DNA of 64,000 bases from a virus. Where the stretch lies: IMG/VR virus record IMGVR_UViG_3300028734_000011; one strand, given 5' to 3'. Under the pieces are notes generated by a model. It saw only the letters and a program-made list of their open reading frames with translations. It was not told the DNA's origin and made no database searches. This document shows positions 27,363-36,270 of the stretch, piece by piece. Numbering within the stretch: position 1 is the stretch's first letter; each line of letters starts with the position of its first letter. A program made the position numbers and the translations under genes.

Positions 27363-27658
27363 ACATTGAATTTATTTGTTTGCTTAATTAATTCCAATTT
27401 GTCTTCTAATATTTTTTTAACAGATGAATATTTAAATACATCTTTTTTATCAATCCAAAAACCATCTTCATGATAATAATCTTTAAAATCAATTTTATAT
27501 TGAGTTTTGCTTTTGTTTATTATTTGAAAAATATTATTACTTATTTTTGTTTTATATTGAATATCATAATTTATACCTTTAAGAACAGGTATAACGTAAT
27601 ATCCAATAGGTATTTCAATATCTTTAACAACGAATTCAAATGTTTTTATATATTTCAT
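27359..27658 (-). CDS. cassette-family protein (array 3)
   Basis: N-term MKYIKTFEFV, C-term TNKFNV. Confidence 0.55.
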   Translation of the reverse strand: MKYIKTFEFVVKDIEIPIGYYVIPVLKGINYDIQYKTKISNNIFQIINKSKTQYKIDFKDYYHEDGFWIDKKDVFKYSSVKKILEDKLELIKQTNKFNV

Positions 27659-27702
27659 AATTTATATTTATATTTTTTAACACCATATATATTAATATAT
27701 AT

Positions 27703-28317
27703 TTGAAAAAAATTATCATGAAAAACTTATCAATATTATTAGTCTTTTTGTTTTTATCAATATTATCTTTTTCTCAAAGGACAAATGTTATAGTTAAAAA
27801 TGATATCTATACAGTATCATATAATGAAGTGTATAAACAGCCTAATTGGGTCATTTACTATATAACTAATGAATCAAAAAATGTATCAAGAGCAGGAATG
27901 AATTTTTATGAAGTACCAGGTATAATCACATCAACGAATGCTGATTATGTTCATAACGTATGGGATAAAGGACATTTAGCTCCTGCTGCAACATTTTCTG
28001 ATACAAAAAATCATTTATATGAAACTTTTTCATACCTTAATTGTTCGTTACAACGTGATTCATTAAATAGAGTAACTTGGGAACATTTAGAGAATTATGA
28101 AAGAACTATATTATTTAAAACTTATAAAAAATTGACAGTAAAAGTAGTTTTAGATTTTTCTGGTAAAATTATTATACTTAAATCTGGTGCTCATGTACCT
28201 AATGGATTTTACAAACAAATAATTACTCCCACAAATGATACATTAACATATTATTTTCCTAACTCTGTTCTACCTCATGATTTTTATTTTTATAGAATAA
28301 AAAATATAAAAATATAA
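27703..28317 (+). CDS. secreted DNA/RNA non-specific endonuclease (Serratia NucA / EndoG family)
   Basis: N-terminal signal peptide (MKKIIMKNLSILLVFLFLSILSFSQ); active-site motif NVWDKGHLAPAA (cf. DRGHxAP); followed by a terminator. Confidence 0.65.
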   Translation: MKKIIMKNLSILLVFLFLSILSFSQRTNVIVKNDIYTVSYNEVYKQPNWVIYYITNESKNVSRAGMNFYEVPGIITSTNADYVHNVWDKGHLAPAATFSDTKNHLYETFSYLNCSLQRDSLNRVTWEHLENYERTILFKTYKKLTVKVVLDFSGKIIILKSGAHVPNGFYKQIITPTNDTLTYYFPNSVLPHDFYFYRIKNIKI

Positions 28318-28321
28318 AAAC

Positions 28322-28355
28322 AAAAAAGTCCAAGTAATTTACTTGGACTTTTTAT
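28322..28355 (+). terminator. rho-independent terminator
   Basis: AAAAAGTCCAAGTAAtttACTTGGACTTTTT. Confidence 0.7.
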
Positions 28356-28419
28356 ATAAATAAAATAACAATCTTATTTTTTTATATATAATATAAACAA
28401 CAAAACACTACAATTATAT

Positions 28420-30063
28420 ATGTTAAGATATGATGATTATAATAAATTAAATGAGGCTTTCTTTCATCGAAGTAAAGATGAGTTAGAAAACCTCATACAT
28501 TCTTTTAAAAGTTTGATTATAAATTTAAAACAATCAATAGACAAAAAATATACTTTAGATTTCTATAAAAATCAAATCAAAGAAGATTTAGAATCATATA
28601 AGAAAAGTCTATTGAACAATTATAATAAAACAACAATTATTAAATTTAAGGATTTATTCAAAGATTTTTTAAATAATGTTGATAACGATATAATTAGGCA
28701 CATGAGATTAAATAAATTTGCGAATGATATATTAAAAATATATTCAATTAACAATTCATTTGATATTAATATAAAGAATGTAGATAGTGTTTTTAAAGCA
28801 TATGCTGATAACGTAGATCGATATATAGACAGTACATATGAATTTTTTTATGACAAAATAGAGACTGACAAATCATATGAGCCTTATAATAAGATAGATA
28901 TAAAAATAAATAAAGTTCCTCTTGATGAATATCAAAAAACTAAATATAAATATCAAATAGAGTTATTAAAATTACAGGAATGGATTACATACAATAACAA
29001 AAAGGTATTAATAATATTTGAAGGTAGAGATGCTGCAGGAAAAGGATCTGCAATTAGAAATATTACTAGGTTTCTTGATCCAAAACATTATAGAGTACAA
29101 ACATTTGGTATTCCGTCAGAAGAAGAAAGTGATAATTGGTTTGAAAGATATGAAAAAGTTTTACCAAAAAATGGTGAAATTGTTTTCTTTGATAGATCTT
29201 GGTATACAAGAGGTTACGTTGAACCAGTGATGAAATATTCAACAGATGATAAATACAATAAATTCATGAAAGAAGTTAATAACTTTGAGGATAAATTAAT
29301 TGATGATGATATTATACTTATAAAAATATGGTTCTCTATATCTCAGGATGTTCAAAAAATGAGATTTGAATTAAGAAAATCCAATCCATTGAAATATTGG
29401 AAATTTAGTAAGAATGATGAGCAAACGTTAGATAAGTGGGATGAGTTCACTAAATACATAAATGACATTTTCAAAAAAACAAATACAAAAGAATCACCTT
29501 GGATAATAATAGATGCTGACGATGAGAATTATTCAAGATTAGAATCATTTAACAGTATAATAAAAACTATTGAAAAAGATAAAGATAATACTAAAGAAGG
29601 CGGAATAAAAGTTGTATTTGAAGATATTGATGGACCTCTTATTCCTTATGATAAAACATCTGATACTGATTATCATAAATTTTTTAATGATCCAGAAAAA
29701 TGGAGTAAAACTGCAATGAGCAATTTAAACAAAATAATAGAAAAAACAGATGCAAAAGTTGTATTATCATCTTCATATAGAGATGATAAACCTTTAAGTG
29801 AGATTGAAAAAATGATGAAAGATGCAGGGTTTAAATATAAAATTTATGATGTTGTTCCAAATGACAAATCAAAAAAACGTGGTTCTGATATAAAAGATTG
29901 GTTGAAGAACAACAAATTTGTTAGCAATTTTATAATTATTGACGATAATAAGCATGACTTATATGATGTGTTCAGTAAAAAACATATTGTTAAAACTACT
30001 CATGAATTAGGTATAACAGATAGTATTGTTGATGAAGCTATTGAAAAATTAAATACCAAGTAA
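28420..30063 (+). CDS. polyphosphate kinase 2 (PPK2) domain fused to C-terminal HAD-like phosphatase domain
   Basis: PPK2 Walker A IIFEGRDAAGKGSAI and Walker B/lid VFFDRSWYTRG; C-terminal ~150 aa carry VVFEDIDGPL (DxDG, HAD motif I), VLSSS (motif II), K...GSD and IIIDDN (motifs III/IV). Confidence 0.6.
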   Translation: MLRYDDYNKLNEAFFHRSKDELENLIHSFKSLIINLKQSIDKKYTLDFYKNQIKEDLESYKKSLLNNYNKTTIIKFKDLFKDFLNNVDNDIIRHMRLNKFANDILKIYSINNSFDINIKNVDSVFKAYADNVDRYIDSTYEFFYDKIETDKSYEPYNKIDIKINKVPLDEYQKTKYKYQIELLKLQEWITYNNKKVLIIFEGRDAAGKGSAIRNITRFLDPKHYRVQTFGIPSEEESDNWFERYEKVLPKNGEIVFFDRSWYTRGYVEPVMKYSTDDKYNKFMKEVNNFEDKLIDDDIILIKIWFSISQDVQKMRFELRKSNPLKYWKFSKNDEQTLDKWDEFTKYINDIFKKTNTKESPWIIIDADDENYSRLESFNSIIKTIEKDKDNTKEGGIKVVFEDIDGPLIPYDKTSDTDYHKFFNDPEKWSKTAMSNLNKIIEKTDAKVVLSSSYRDDKPLSEIEKMMKDAGFKYKIYDVVPNDKSKKRGSDIKDWLKNNKFVSNFIIIDDNKHDLYDVFSKKHIVKTTHELGITDSIVDEAIEKLNTK

Positions 30064-30067
30064 TATT

Positions 30068-30472
30068 ATGAGATATATAAAAACATATGAAAGTATTGAA
30101 ACTTCATCAGATAATAAGATATTCATTATTTTTCTAAATAGTTTTATAACATCATTAGATTATAATATGAAATCAAATCATTCAAGTTCAAATTTAGAAT
30201 ATGATTTTTATTACTACAGTTCAAAATCTGAAAGATCAAAAAAATTATCAATTAGTACTGAGATAGAAGGAGATGATTTATTCATTAGTATATATAATGA
30301 GATGTTTAATATTATTGAAGAATATTTAGAAACTATTTATGGATTAAATTTAATAACATTTGAATCTCGTACATACAACTTTGAAATAAAAGGAAATATA
30401 TATGATGTAATGAGTCAGATAACAAAAGAAGATTTTTATTTAAAAAGAGAATCAAATAAATTTAACATATGA
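30068..30472 (+). CDS. cassette-family protein (first of array 4)
   Basis: N-term MRYIKTYESI, C-term SNKFNI. Confidence 0.55.
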   Translation: MRYIKTYESIETSSDNKIFIIFLNSFITSLDYNMKSNHSSSNLEYDFYYYSSKSERSKKLSISTEIEGDDLFISIYNEMFNIIEEYLETIYGLNLITFESRTYNFEIKGNIYDVMSQITKEDFYLKRESNKFNI

Positions 30473-30813
30473 AATATATAAAAACGTTTGAATCTAAAGG
30501 AATAGATTTATTCAAGGCTATCATAAATGACGATGAAAAATTAGTTAAAAAATTAATTAGGTTTAATGTAGACATAAATATTCAGGATATGGAAGGTCGT
30601 ACACCAATATTTTATGCTGCTAATCATGATTTTATGTCAATTGTTGAGATTCTTATTAAAGCAGGAGCAGATTGGAATATTATAAACAACAAAGGATATG
30701 ATTTTACATATTTGTTGAGTGACAAGCAACTTGAAATAATCAAGAAAAAATACCCAAATGAATATTCTGAATATTTATTAAAAAAAGAAGCTACAAACAA
30801 ATATAATTTATGA
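30469..30813 (+). CDS. cassette-family protein, ankyrin-repeat subtype
   Basis: N-term MKYIKTFESK, C-term TNKYNL; ANK (NVDINIQDMEGRTPIFYAANHDFMSIVEILIKAGADWNI). Confidence 0.65.
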   Translation: MKYIKTFESKGIDLFKAIINDDEKLVKKLIRFNVDINIQDMEGRTPIFYAANHDFMSIVEILIKAGADWNIINNKGYDFTYLLSDKQLEIIKKKYPNEYSEYLLKKEATNKYNL

Positions 30814-31238
30814 AACATTTAAAAATTTATGAGAATTATAAAGATAAAATGAAGTCAAAGAATAAGTTCAATGATATGATAAATAATTATATTCCAGGCT
30901 TTTATATGATATACAAATCTAATATTTATCATTGGAAATATGGTAAAATGAATAACTATTTAGCTTTGTGTAGAATTCTGGAGCCAACAGAATTTGATGA
31001 TGGAATAAGATTAAAAATTGATATAATTTCATATGTATGCGAAATAGATGAAATAGACTTGAAAAACTCAGAAAGAATAAATATAGGAATAAAATATTTA
31101 AATATTAACAGTGACACATTTGAAAGAGTTTTTTTATCATCATCATTAAAAACTGCTCAAGATAAATTTGAAGAATTGAAAAAAACTACTTGTTATCAAT
31201 GGGAGTTAAATAATATGACAAATAAATTCAATATATGA
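30810..31238 (+). CDS. cassette-family protein
   Basis: N-term MKHLKIYENY, C-term TNKFNI. Confidence 0.55.
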   Translation: MKHLKIYENYKDKMKSKNKFNDMINNYIPGFYMIYKSNIYHWKYGKMNNYLALCRILEPTEFDDGIRLKIDIISYVCEIDEIDLKNSERINIGIKYLNINSDTFERVFLSSSLKTAQDKFEELKKTTCYQWELNNMTNKFNI

Positions 31239-31621
31239 AAACATTCAATCAATTCTATGAATCTATAAAAAACAAATATTTTTCTATATATTTCAGAAGA
31301 TATTATGAATCAGGTAGACATAATATATCAGATATATATTACGACATTGAACAAGCAAATAGATATAACATTGAATATGTTCTATTTAATAATACCACTA
31401 AAGGAGATGAGTTTTTTTACTTATATTTATTTCCATGTAATGAATATGAATATAAAATTATTAGTTCTGAGTTAATTGGTATGTTTAATATATCAAGTAT
31501 AACTAATGTAGATTTAAAAAAAGAAGAAAATATAGAATTAATAAAAAATAATAAAAATGCTAATATTATAAATTTAGAAGATGTAAATTTAATAATAAGC
31601 TCTAAAAAATTTAATATATGA
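31235..31621 (+). CDS. cassette-family protein (variant N-terminus)
   Basis: N-term MKTFNQFYES, C-term SKKFNI. Confidence 0.5.
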   Translation: MKTFNQFYESIKNKYFSIYFRRYYESGRHNISDIYYDIEQANRYNIEYVLFNNTTKGDEFFYLYLFPCNEYEYKIISSELIGMFNISSITNVDLKKEENIELIKNNKNANIINLEDVNLIISSKKFNI

Positions 31622-31977
31622 AAACATTTATACAATTTAATGAAATGAGTAATGTTGGTTGTACTGTATTTTTCAAAGTATATTTTAAACTTGAAAATAT
31701 CTATAACCATCTTGATATATTAGATAAAAATAGAATAGATTATGATATATCTTATCATAATAAATTCATTAAAATAGATGCTTATGCATATACGGTAAGT
31801 GAATATAATTTTCTTATCTCAATTGAGTTCAAAATAAATAAAAAGTCACAAGAACTAATAAATCCAAATATGTCACTTGATAATATTAGAAGTATTGTAA
31901 AATCAGATAAAGTTTGGACACCAACAAGTAAAGAAGAATTACCATATCTATCAGATACAAATAAATTTAATTTATGA
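31618..31977 (+). CDS. cassette-family protein (variant N-terminus)
   Basis: N-term MKTFIQFNEM, C-term TNKFNL. Confidence 0.5.
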   Translation: MKTFIQFNEMSNVGCTVFFKVYFKLENIYNHLDILDKNRIDYDISYHNKFIKIDAYAYTVSEYNFLISIEFKINKKSQELINPNMSLDNIRSIVKSDKVWTPTSKEELPYLSDTNKFNL

Positions 31978-32357
31978 AATACTTAAAAAAGTTTGAAAGT
32001 AGAGAGATATCAATAGATCCATATTTAAAAAAAATATATGTATCAAATAACGATTTTACTGATTTATATGATGAAATTAAAACTCTAACTAATTATAAAT
32101 TTGATTTTGAATTATATTATAGAGTAGATGAAAAATACATATTCAATATTATAGTATTTATTAAATCTAATGAGTATACAATGAGTAAATCTATGCATTA
32201 TTATGGTTATATACGTTATGATACATTAAAATCCCATATTAACACATCAGATGCAAATATTATGAAAAACTATTTAAATGAGTTAACAGATTGGACTCAT
32301 ATTAATAATAAAAATGATATTGAAACTGAAATCACTGCAAATAAATTTAATATATGA
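31974..32357 (+). CDS. cassette-family protein
   Basis: N-term MKYLKKFESR, C-term ANKFNI. Confidence 0.6.
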   Translation: MKYLKKFESREISIDPYLKKIYVSNNDFTDLYDEIKTLTNYKFDFELYYRVDEKYIFNIIVFIKSNEYTMSKSMHYYGYIRYDTLKSHINTSDANIMKNYLNELTDWTHINNKNDIETEITANKFNI

Positions 32358-32872
32358 AATACTTAAAAAAATATGAAAAATATGATGCATCTTTAGATTT
32401 GAATTATATATTAGATAGCGAAGTATATTCAGATTCTGATGCTATAAAATTATTAGAAAAGGTGAGATACGCTATTGATAATGATTGTGTTATTGATGAT
32501 ATAAATGTTCATTGGCTTGATAGAACACCTTTAATCGTGTGTTCGATTTCAGAGTGTCATATAAATAATAAAAGTTCTAATTATATTCATATATATAAAC
32601 AAATAGCAAAAGAATTAATAGATGCAGGAGCAAATATAGATTTAGTTGATCATGATGGTAGAAGTGCATTGATATGGGCAGCATCAAGAAAACATTTTGA
32701 TGTGATGGAATTATTAATTGAAGAAGGAGCAAATTGGAATATTCGTGATATATATCATTATGAATTTCATGAATATTTAACAAATGATGAATCAAAAAAA
32801 ATCATGAATAAATATCCTGATAAAAGTGAATTATATACTACTAAAAAAATAGCTAATAAATTTAACTTATGA
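32354..32872 (+). CDS. cassette-family protein, ankyrin-repeat subtype
   Basis: N-term MKYLKKYEKY, C-term ANKFNL; ANK (LIDAGANIDLVDHDGRSALIWAASRKHFDVMELLIEEGANWNI). Confidence 0.65.
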   Translation: MKYLKKYEKYDASLDLNYILDSEVYSDSDAIKLLEKVRYAIDNDCVIDDINVHWLDRTPLIVCSISECHINNKSSNYIHIYKQIAKELIDAGANIDLVDHDGRSALIWAASRKHFDVMELLIEEGANWNIRDIYHYEFHEYLTNDESKKIMNKYPDKSELYTTKKIANKFNL

Positions 32873-33360
32873 AACATATAGTTACATATACTCAGAAAGA
32901 ATTAAATTCTGAATTATTGGAATATTCAGAAAATAAAGCATCAACACAGAAAGTAAGAGAATTGATATTAGATGGTGCTGATGTAAATTGTTTTGATGCT
33001 AGTAAAAGTAGGACACCGTTAATTAAAGCAGTATTAAAATTAAATTACAGTATAATTAAATTATTAATTGAAAATAATGCTGATGTTAATTTAACAAATA
33101 GATTTAATGAAACTTGCTTATTTTTTATTACTCATAATGGTAATTATACATATAAAATATTAAAAAAAAATATTGATAATATTATTGATTTATTAATGAA
33201 ATCTGGAATTGATATGAAAATTGAAAATTTAAAGGGTGAAGATATATTTAGTAAAATTGATACATCAAATCCTATAATATTACAACATATAATAGAAACC
33301 TATCCTGAAAGATATAAAGAATATTTAATGAAAAAAACCGCAAATAAATTCAACATATGA
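32869..33360 (+). CDS. cassette-family protein, ankyrin-repeat subtype
   Basis: N-term MKHIVTYTQK, C-term ANKFNI; ANK (LILDGADVNCFDASKSRTPLIKAVLKLNYSIIKLLIENNADVNL). Confidence 0.65.
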   Translation: MKHIVTYTQKELNSELLEYSENKASTQKVRELILDGADVNCFDASKSRTPLIKAVLKLNYSIIKLLIENNADVNLTNRFNETCLFFITHNGNYTYKILKKNIDNIIDLLMKSGIDMKIENLKGEDIFSKIDTSNPIILQHIIETYPERYKEYLMKKTANKFNI

Positions 33361-33719
33361 AGCACATAAAAACATTTGAAAATAATAAAGACGTACCAAA
33401 AGAGGGTGATTATGTATTAATTAATGCAACAAGTGATATTTACACTGGATTTAAAGTTAATGAATTTATAAATTATATAAATAATCATATAGGTAAAGTA
33501 GTTTCTAAAACATGGGATTATGATCATAATGATATTAGAGTAATTTATGAAGATATGACATATAAAGAAGATAAAGAAATTGGAACATGGTTTGGCTATT
33601 ATAAAGATGGAGATAAATTCATACATTCAAAAGATTTTAAATATTCTCAAGTTAAATTTTATCACAAAAATAAAGATTATTTAGAACAAATGTTGAATGT
33701 TCAAAAATTCAATTTATAA
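33357..33719 (+). CDS. cassette-family protein, GDYV subtype (last of array 4)
   Basis: MKHIKTFENNKDVPKEGDYVLI... C-term VQKFNL. Confidence 0.6.
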   Translation: MKHIKTFENNKDVPKEGDYVLINATSDIYTGFKVNEFINYINNHIGKVVSKTWDYDHNDIRVIYEDMTYKEDKEIGTWFGYYKDGDKFIHSKDFKYSQVKFYHKNKDYLEQMLNVQKFNL

Positions 33720-33954
33720 AATAACATATAAACAAATGAAAATAAAAAAATTCAAAGAACTAAATGAAGCTGATACCAATCAGATTCCAGGTACATCATT
33801 AGATAAATATTATATTTATTATAAAAGATGGTGTGATGAAAATGAAGTAGAATATAATTTCAAAGATGCATCAGAAGAAGAAATAATAAGTATAGGTAAA
33901 AAATATGCGTGTGATAATAATTTACCTAATATGATATATAATAAAAATGATTAA
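33697..33954 (+). CDS. hypothetical protein
   Basis: 85-aa ORF overlapping the end of the previous gene in another frame; followed by a terminator. Confidence 0.35.
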   Translation: MFKNSIYKITYKQMKIKKFKELNEADTNQIPGTSLDKYYIYYKRWCDENEVEYNFKDASEEEIISIGKKYACDNNLPNMIYNKND

Positions 33955-33959
33955 CAATA

Positions 33960-33998
33960 AAAATGAATTATTAAGTTCATAATTCATTTTTTTTGATT
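33960..33998 (+). terminator. rho-independent terminator
   Basis: AAATGAATTATtaagttcATAATTCATTTTTTTT. Confidence 0.55.
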
Positions 33999-34028
33999 AT
34001 ATTTGAATAAAAAATTAATAGACAAAAA

Positions 34029-34211
34029 ATGTATAAAACATTAGATATAATAAATAAAACAATTTTATTTTTCGCTTTGATTTGGTTAGCGTTATCATTA
34101 TGCGTAATAATTTTATTATCATTAATTAAAACTTTTTTAAAAATAACATATAACTCAATTAAGAATAAATTTAAATCAAAAAATGAAAAAAACATTACTG
34201 TGGCTAGATGA
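34029..34211 (+). CDS. small membrane protein (uncertain)
   Basis: 60-aa hydrophobic ORF. An antisense ORF 33977..34225 also exists, so coding strand is uncertain. Confidence 0.25.
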   Translation: MYKTLDIINKTILFFALIWLALSLCVIILLSLIKTFLKITYNSIKNKFKSKNEKNITVAR

Positions 34212-34521
34212 TTCTCGTGATCCATTAGAAAATGATTGGCTAGTTTTTAGCCCAATAGGAAGAGATGTTGATGTGAATTGGGTGACAACCCAAATGGAAT
34301 TTGAAGATTGGATAATGATTAATGGATTACCTGATGGTATATGTTTTGATCATGACTTAGGTACAGGCAATGGGGATGGATATGAATGTGCCAAATGGCT
34401 ATGTAGATACTGTGACAACAAAAGTTTAAAGATACCTTTATATGCTATGCAATCAGCTAATACAGTAGGTCGAGAAAATATTGATTGCTATTTAAAGAAT
34501 TACATGAAGCATTGTTATTAA
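34183..34521 (+). CDS. receiver (REC/CheY)-like domain protein (tentative)
   Basis: LLWLDDSRDP (acidic pocket DD), ICFDHDLG (putative phospho-acceptor Asp), YAMQSAN (conserved S/T position) resemble a response-regulator receiver fold; no output domain. Confidence 0.35.
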   Translation: MKKTLLWLDDSRDPLENDWLVFSPIGRDVDVNWVTTQMEFEDWIMINGLPDGICFDHDLGTGNGDGYECAKWLCRYCDNKSLKIPLYAMQSANTVGRENIDCYLKNYMKHCY

Positions 34522-34528
34522 TAATATT

Positions 34529-34729
34529 ATGAAAACAGATAAAGAAAAAGAAATAAAGGAATTTGAAAATTGGAGGATAAGAGAAGAATTAAAACTTCAA
34601 ATTTTAGTTGCAATAAATAGTGCAGTTAAAAATTTTAAATCCACTACAATTGAAGGCTATAAGCCAACAAATAATGATATTAATTATGTTATAAGTGAAA
34701 TTTTAAATAAACGTTTAAAGAATAAATAA
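34529..34729 (+). CDS. hypothetical protein
   Basis: 66-aa ORF followed by a strong terminator. Confidence 0.35.
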   Translation: MKTDKEKEIKEFENWRIREELKLQILVAINSAVKNFKSTTIEGYKPTNNDINYVISEILNKRLKNK

Positions 34730-34768
34730 AAAAAGAGTTGTGACTTAAATCACAACTCTTTTTTTTTA
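34730..34768. terminator. bidirectional intrinsic terminator
   Basis: AAAAAAAGAGTTGTGActtaaaTCACAACTCTTTTTTTTT between convergent genes. Confidence 0.7.
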
Positions 34769-34769
34769 T

Positions 34770-35492
34770 TTATTTTTGAAATGAAGGTTTCAGCCACATC
34801 TTAGTATGATTAAATACATAATCTCTCAAAGTAGGAAATTCATTTAATACTAATATTGTTTTCAATGTATCAAATTTGAAACACTTAGTAAGTTCATCTT
34901 GAATTCTTTCACTTGAAACTACTTTCATTTTTGATTCATAATCATAATTTTTGATAGCAATTTCAATTTCATCAGTCATTCTGAATCCTTTTGTAATACA
35001 AAATCTCACACATCTTAAGATTCTTAGGGAATCCTCATCAAATGTAAGCTCACAAGGTCTTGGTGTTCTAAGAATTCCCATTTTAAGGTCTTTAACTCCA
35101 TCAAACAAATCAATCAATGTACCATTTTCATCAAGTGCCATCGCATTTAATGTGAAATCACGTCTGATTAAATCATCTTCAAGAGTACCAAGTTCTAAAA
35201 TTGGACGTCTTGTACCTTCATAATAACCAATTTCCTTTCTTGCCATTACAAAGTCTGCAGTCAAACCGTCATGTTTATGACCCTTTGGAAATTTTGCTTT
35301 AATTGTAAAACATCTTGGCGTTGAATTATAAATAGTATAACCATTTTTACGTAGCCATAACTCCATATCCATGAATCCAGATTCAACAGATTGATTCTTA
35401 TCATCCAATACAAAAGTAAAGTCAATGTCCTTACAATCAACTCCTAAGATACGGTCTCTGACCGCTCCACCTACTTCATAAATTTTTGGCAT
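34770..35492 (-). CDS. tRNA nucleotidyltransferase (CCA-adding) / poly(A) polymerase family head domain protein
   Basis: Class II nucleotidyltransferase motifs: YEVGGAVRDRILG, DIDF (metal-binding DxD), RRDFTLNAMA; 240 aa, head/neck only. Confidence 0.7.
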   Translation of the reverse strand: MPKIYEVGGAVRDRILGVDCKDIDFTFVLDDKNQSVESGFMDMELWLRKNGYTIYNSTPRCFTIKAKFPKGHKHDGLTADFVMARKEIGYYEGTRRPILELGTLEDDLIRRDFTLNAMALDENGTLIDLFDGVKDLKMGILRTPRPCELTFDEDSLRILRCVRFCITKGFRMTDEIEIAIKNYDYESKMKVVSSERIQDELTKCFKFDTLKTILVLNEFPTLRDYVFNHTKMWLKPSFQK

Positions 35493-35659
35493 AATTTTAT
35501 TTTTATTTAATATATTTAAATTCTAGTTTATCTGAAAATTCATTAATATCCTGAGCCAATGCTATAAGTAAGAATCCTACTAATATAACGCAAGTAAAAA
35601 TTCCAATAAATCCTAATAACAAAGAAAATAATCTTAATAATACTATTATAAATCTCATT

Positions 35660-35902
35660 TCAATTTTTTTTATTTTTTAATAAATTATAAGAAATTATTA
35701 TTATTGTAATTAGAACAAAAAAAGTAAAAAATGTTCCTAATCCAAAAACCACATAATTCTCAATACACTTATAAGTTGAATAATAATGTATATTATATAA
35801 ATCATGAGTAATTTTAATTCCACCAATCATACATGAAAACATATATCCATACATGATAAATAATAAAAAATTAAAAAATAATTTAAAAATTTTTTCTTTC
35901 AT
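35660..35902 (-). CDS. small membrane protein
   Basis: 80 aa with two hydrophobic helices. Confidence 0.35.
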   Translation of the reverse strand: MKEKIFKLFFNFLLFIMYGYMFSCMIGGIKITHDLYNIHYYSTYKCIENYVVFGLGTFFTFFVLITIIIISYNLLKNKKN

Positions 35903-35910
35903 AATATGAA

Positions 35911-36177
35911 TTATTTAAAAATATATCCTTCTGGAAACTTTTTTCTACATTCTGAACCAACTCCCATAACCCATGCATCAGGATATGATTCTTTATCATC
36001 AGCTTTATACATTGCGCCGCCGTATATTGAATTAATGAAATATTTTGGTGTTTTTAATGCTTTACCACAACATGGACAATGCTCCATATTCATATAATCT
36101 GCTCTATCTCTATTAGAATCAAACATATCATAATTATCAATTGTAGGAATATTAATAATATCGTTAGGCTCTTTCAT
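35911..36177 (-). CDS. hypothetical Cys-containing protein
   Basis: 88 aa; MEHCPCCGKALK...GSECRKK; the antisense + ORF 35906..36097 is rejected. Confidence 0.4.
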   Translation of the reverse strand: MKEPNDIINIPTIDNYDMFDSNRDRADYMNMEHCPCCGKALKTPKYFINSIYGGAMYKADDKESYPDAWVMGVGSECRKKFPEGYIFK

Positions 36178-36213
36178 ATTGCTGTTTATTTTTTAATTAC
36201 AATACAAAGGTAT

Positions 36214-36250
36214 ATAAAAAGCCTTGAATATAAAATATTCAAGGCTTAAT
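36214..36250. terminator. bidirectional intrinsic terminator
   Basis: AAAAAGCCTTGAATAtaaaATATTCAAGGCTT. Confidence 0.65.
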
Positions 36251-36270
36251 TTAATATATTTTAATAAAAA

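Noticed and set aside
33977-34225. Minus-strand ORF 33977..34225
   Set aside because: It is antisense to a plus-strand small membrane ORF and sits across a plus-strand terminator, so the coding strand is unresolved. I kept the plus ORF at low confidence only.
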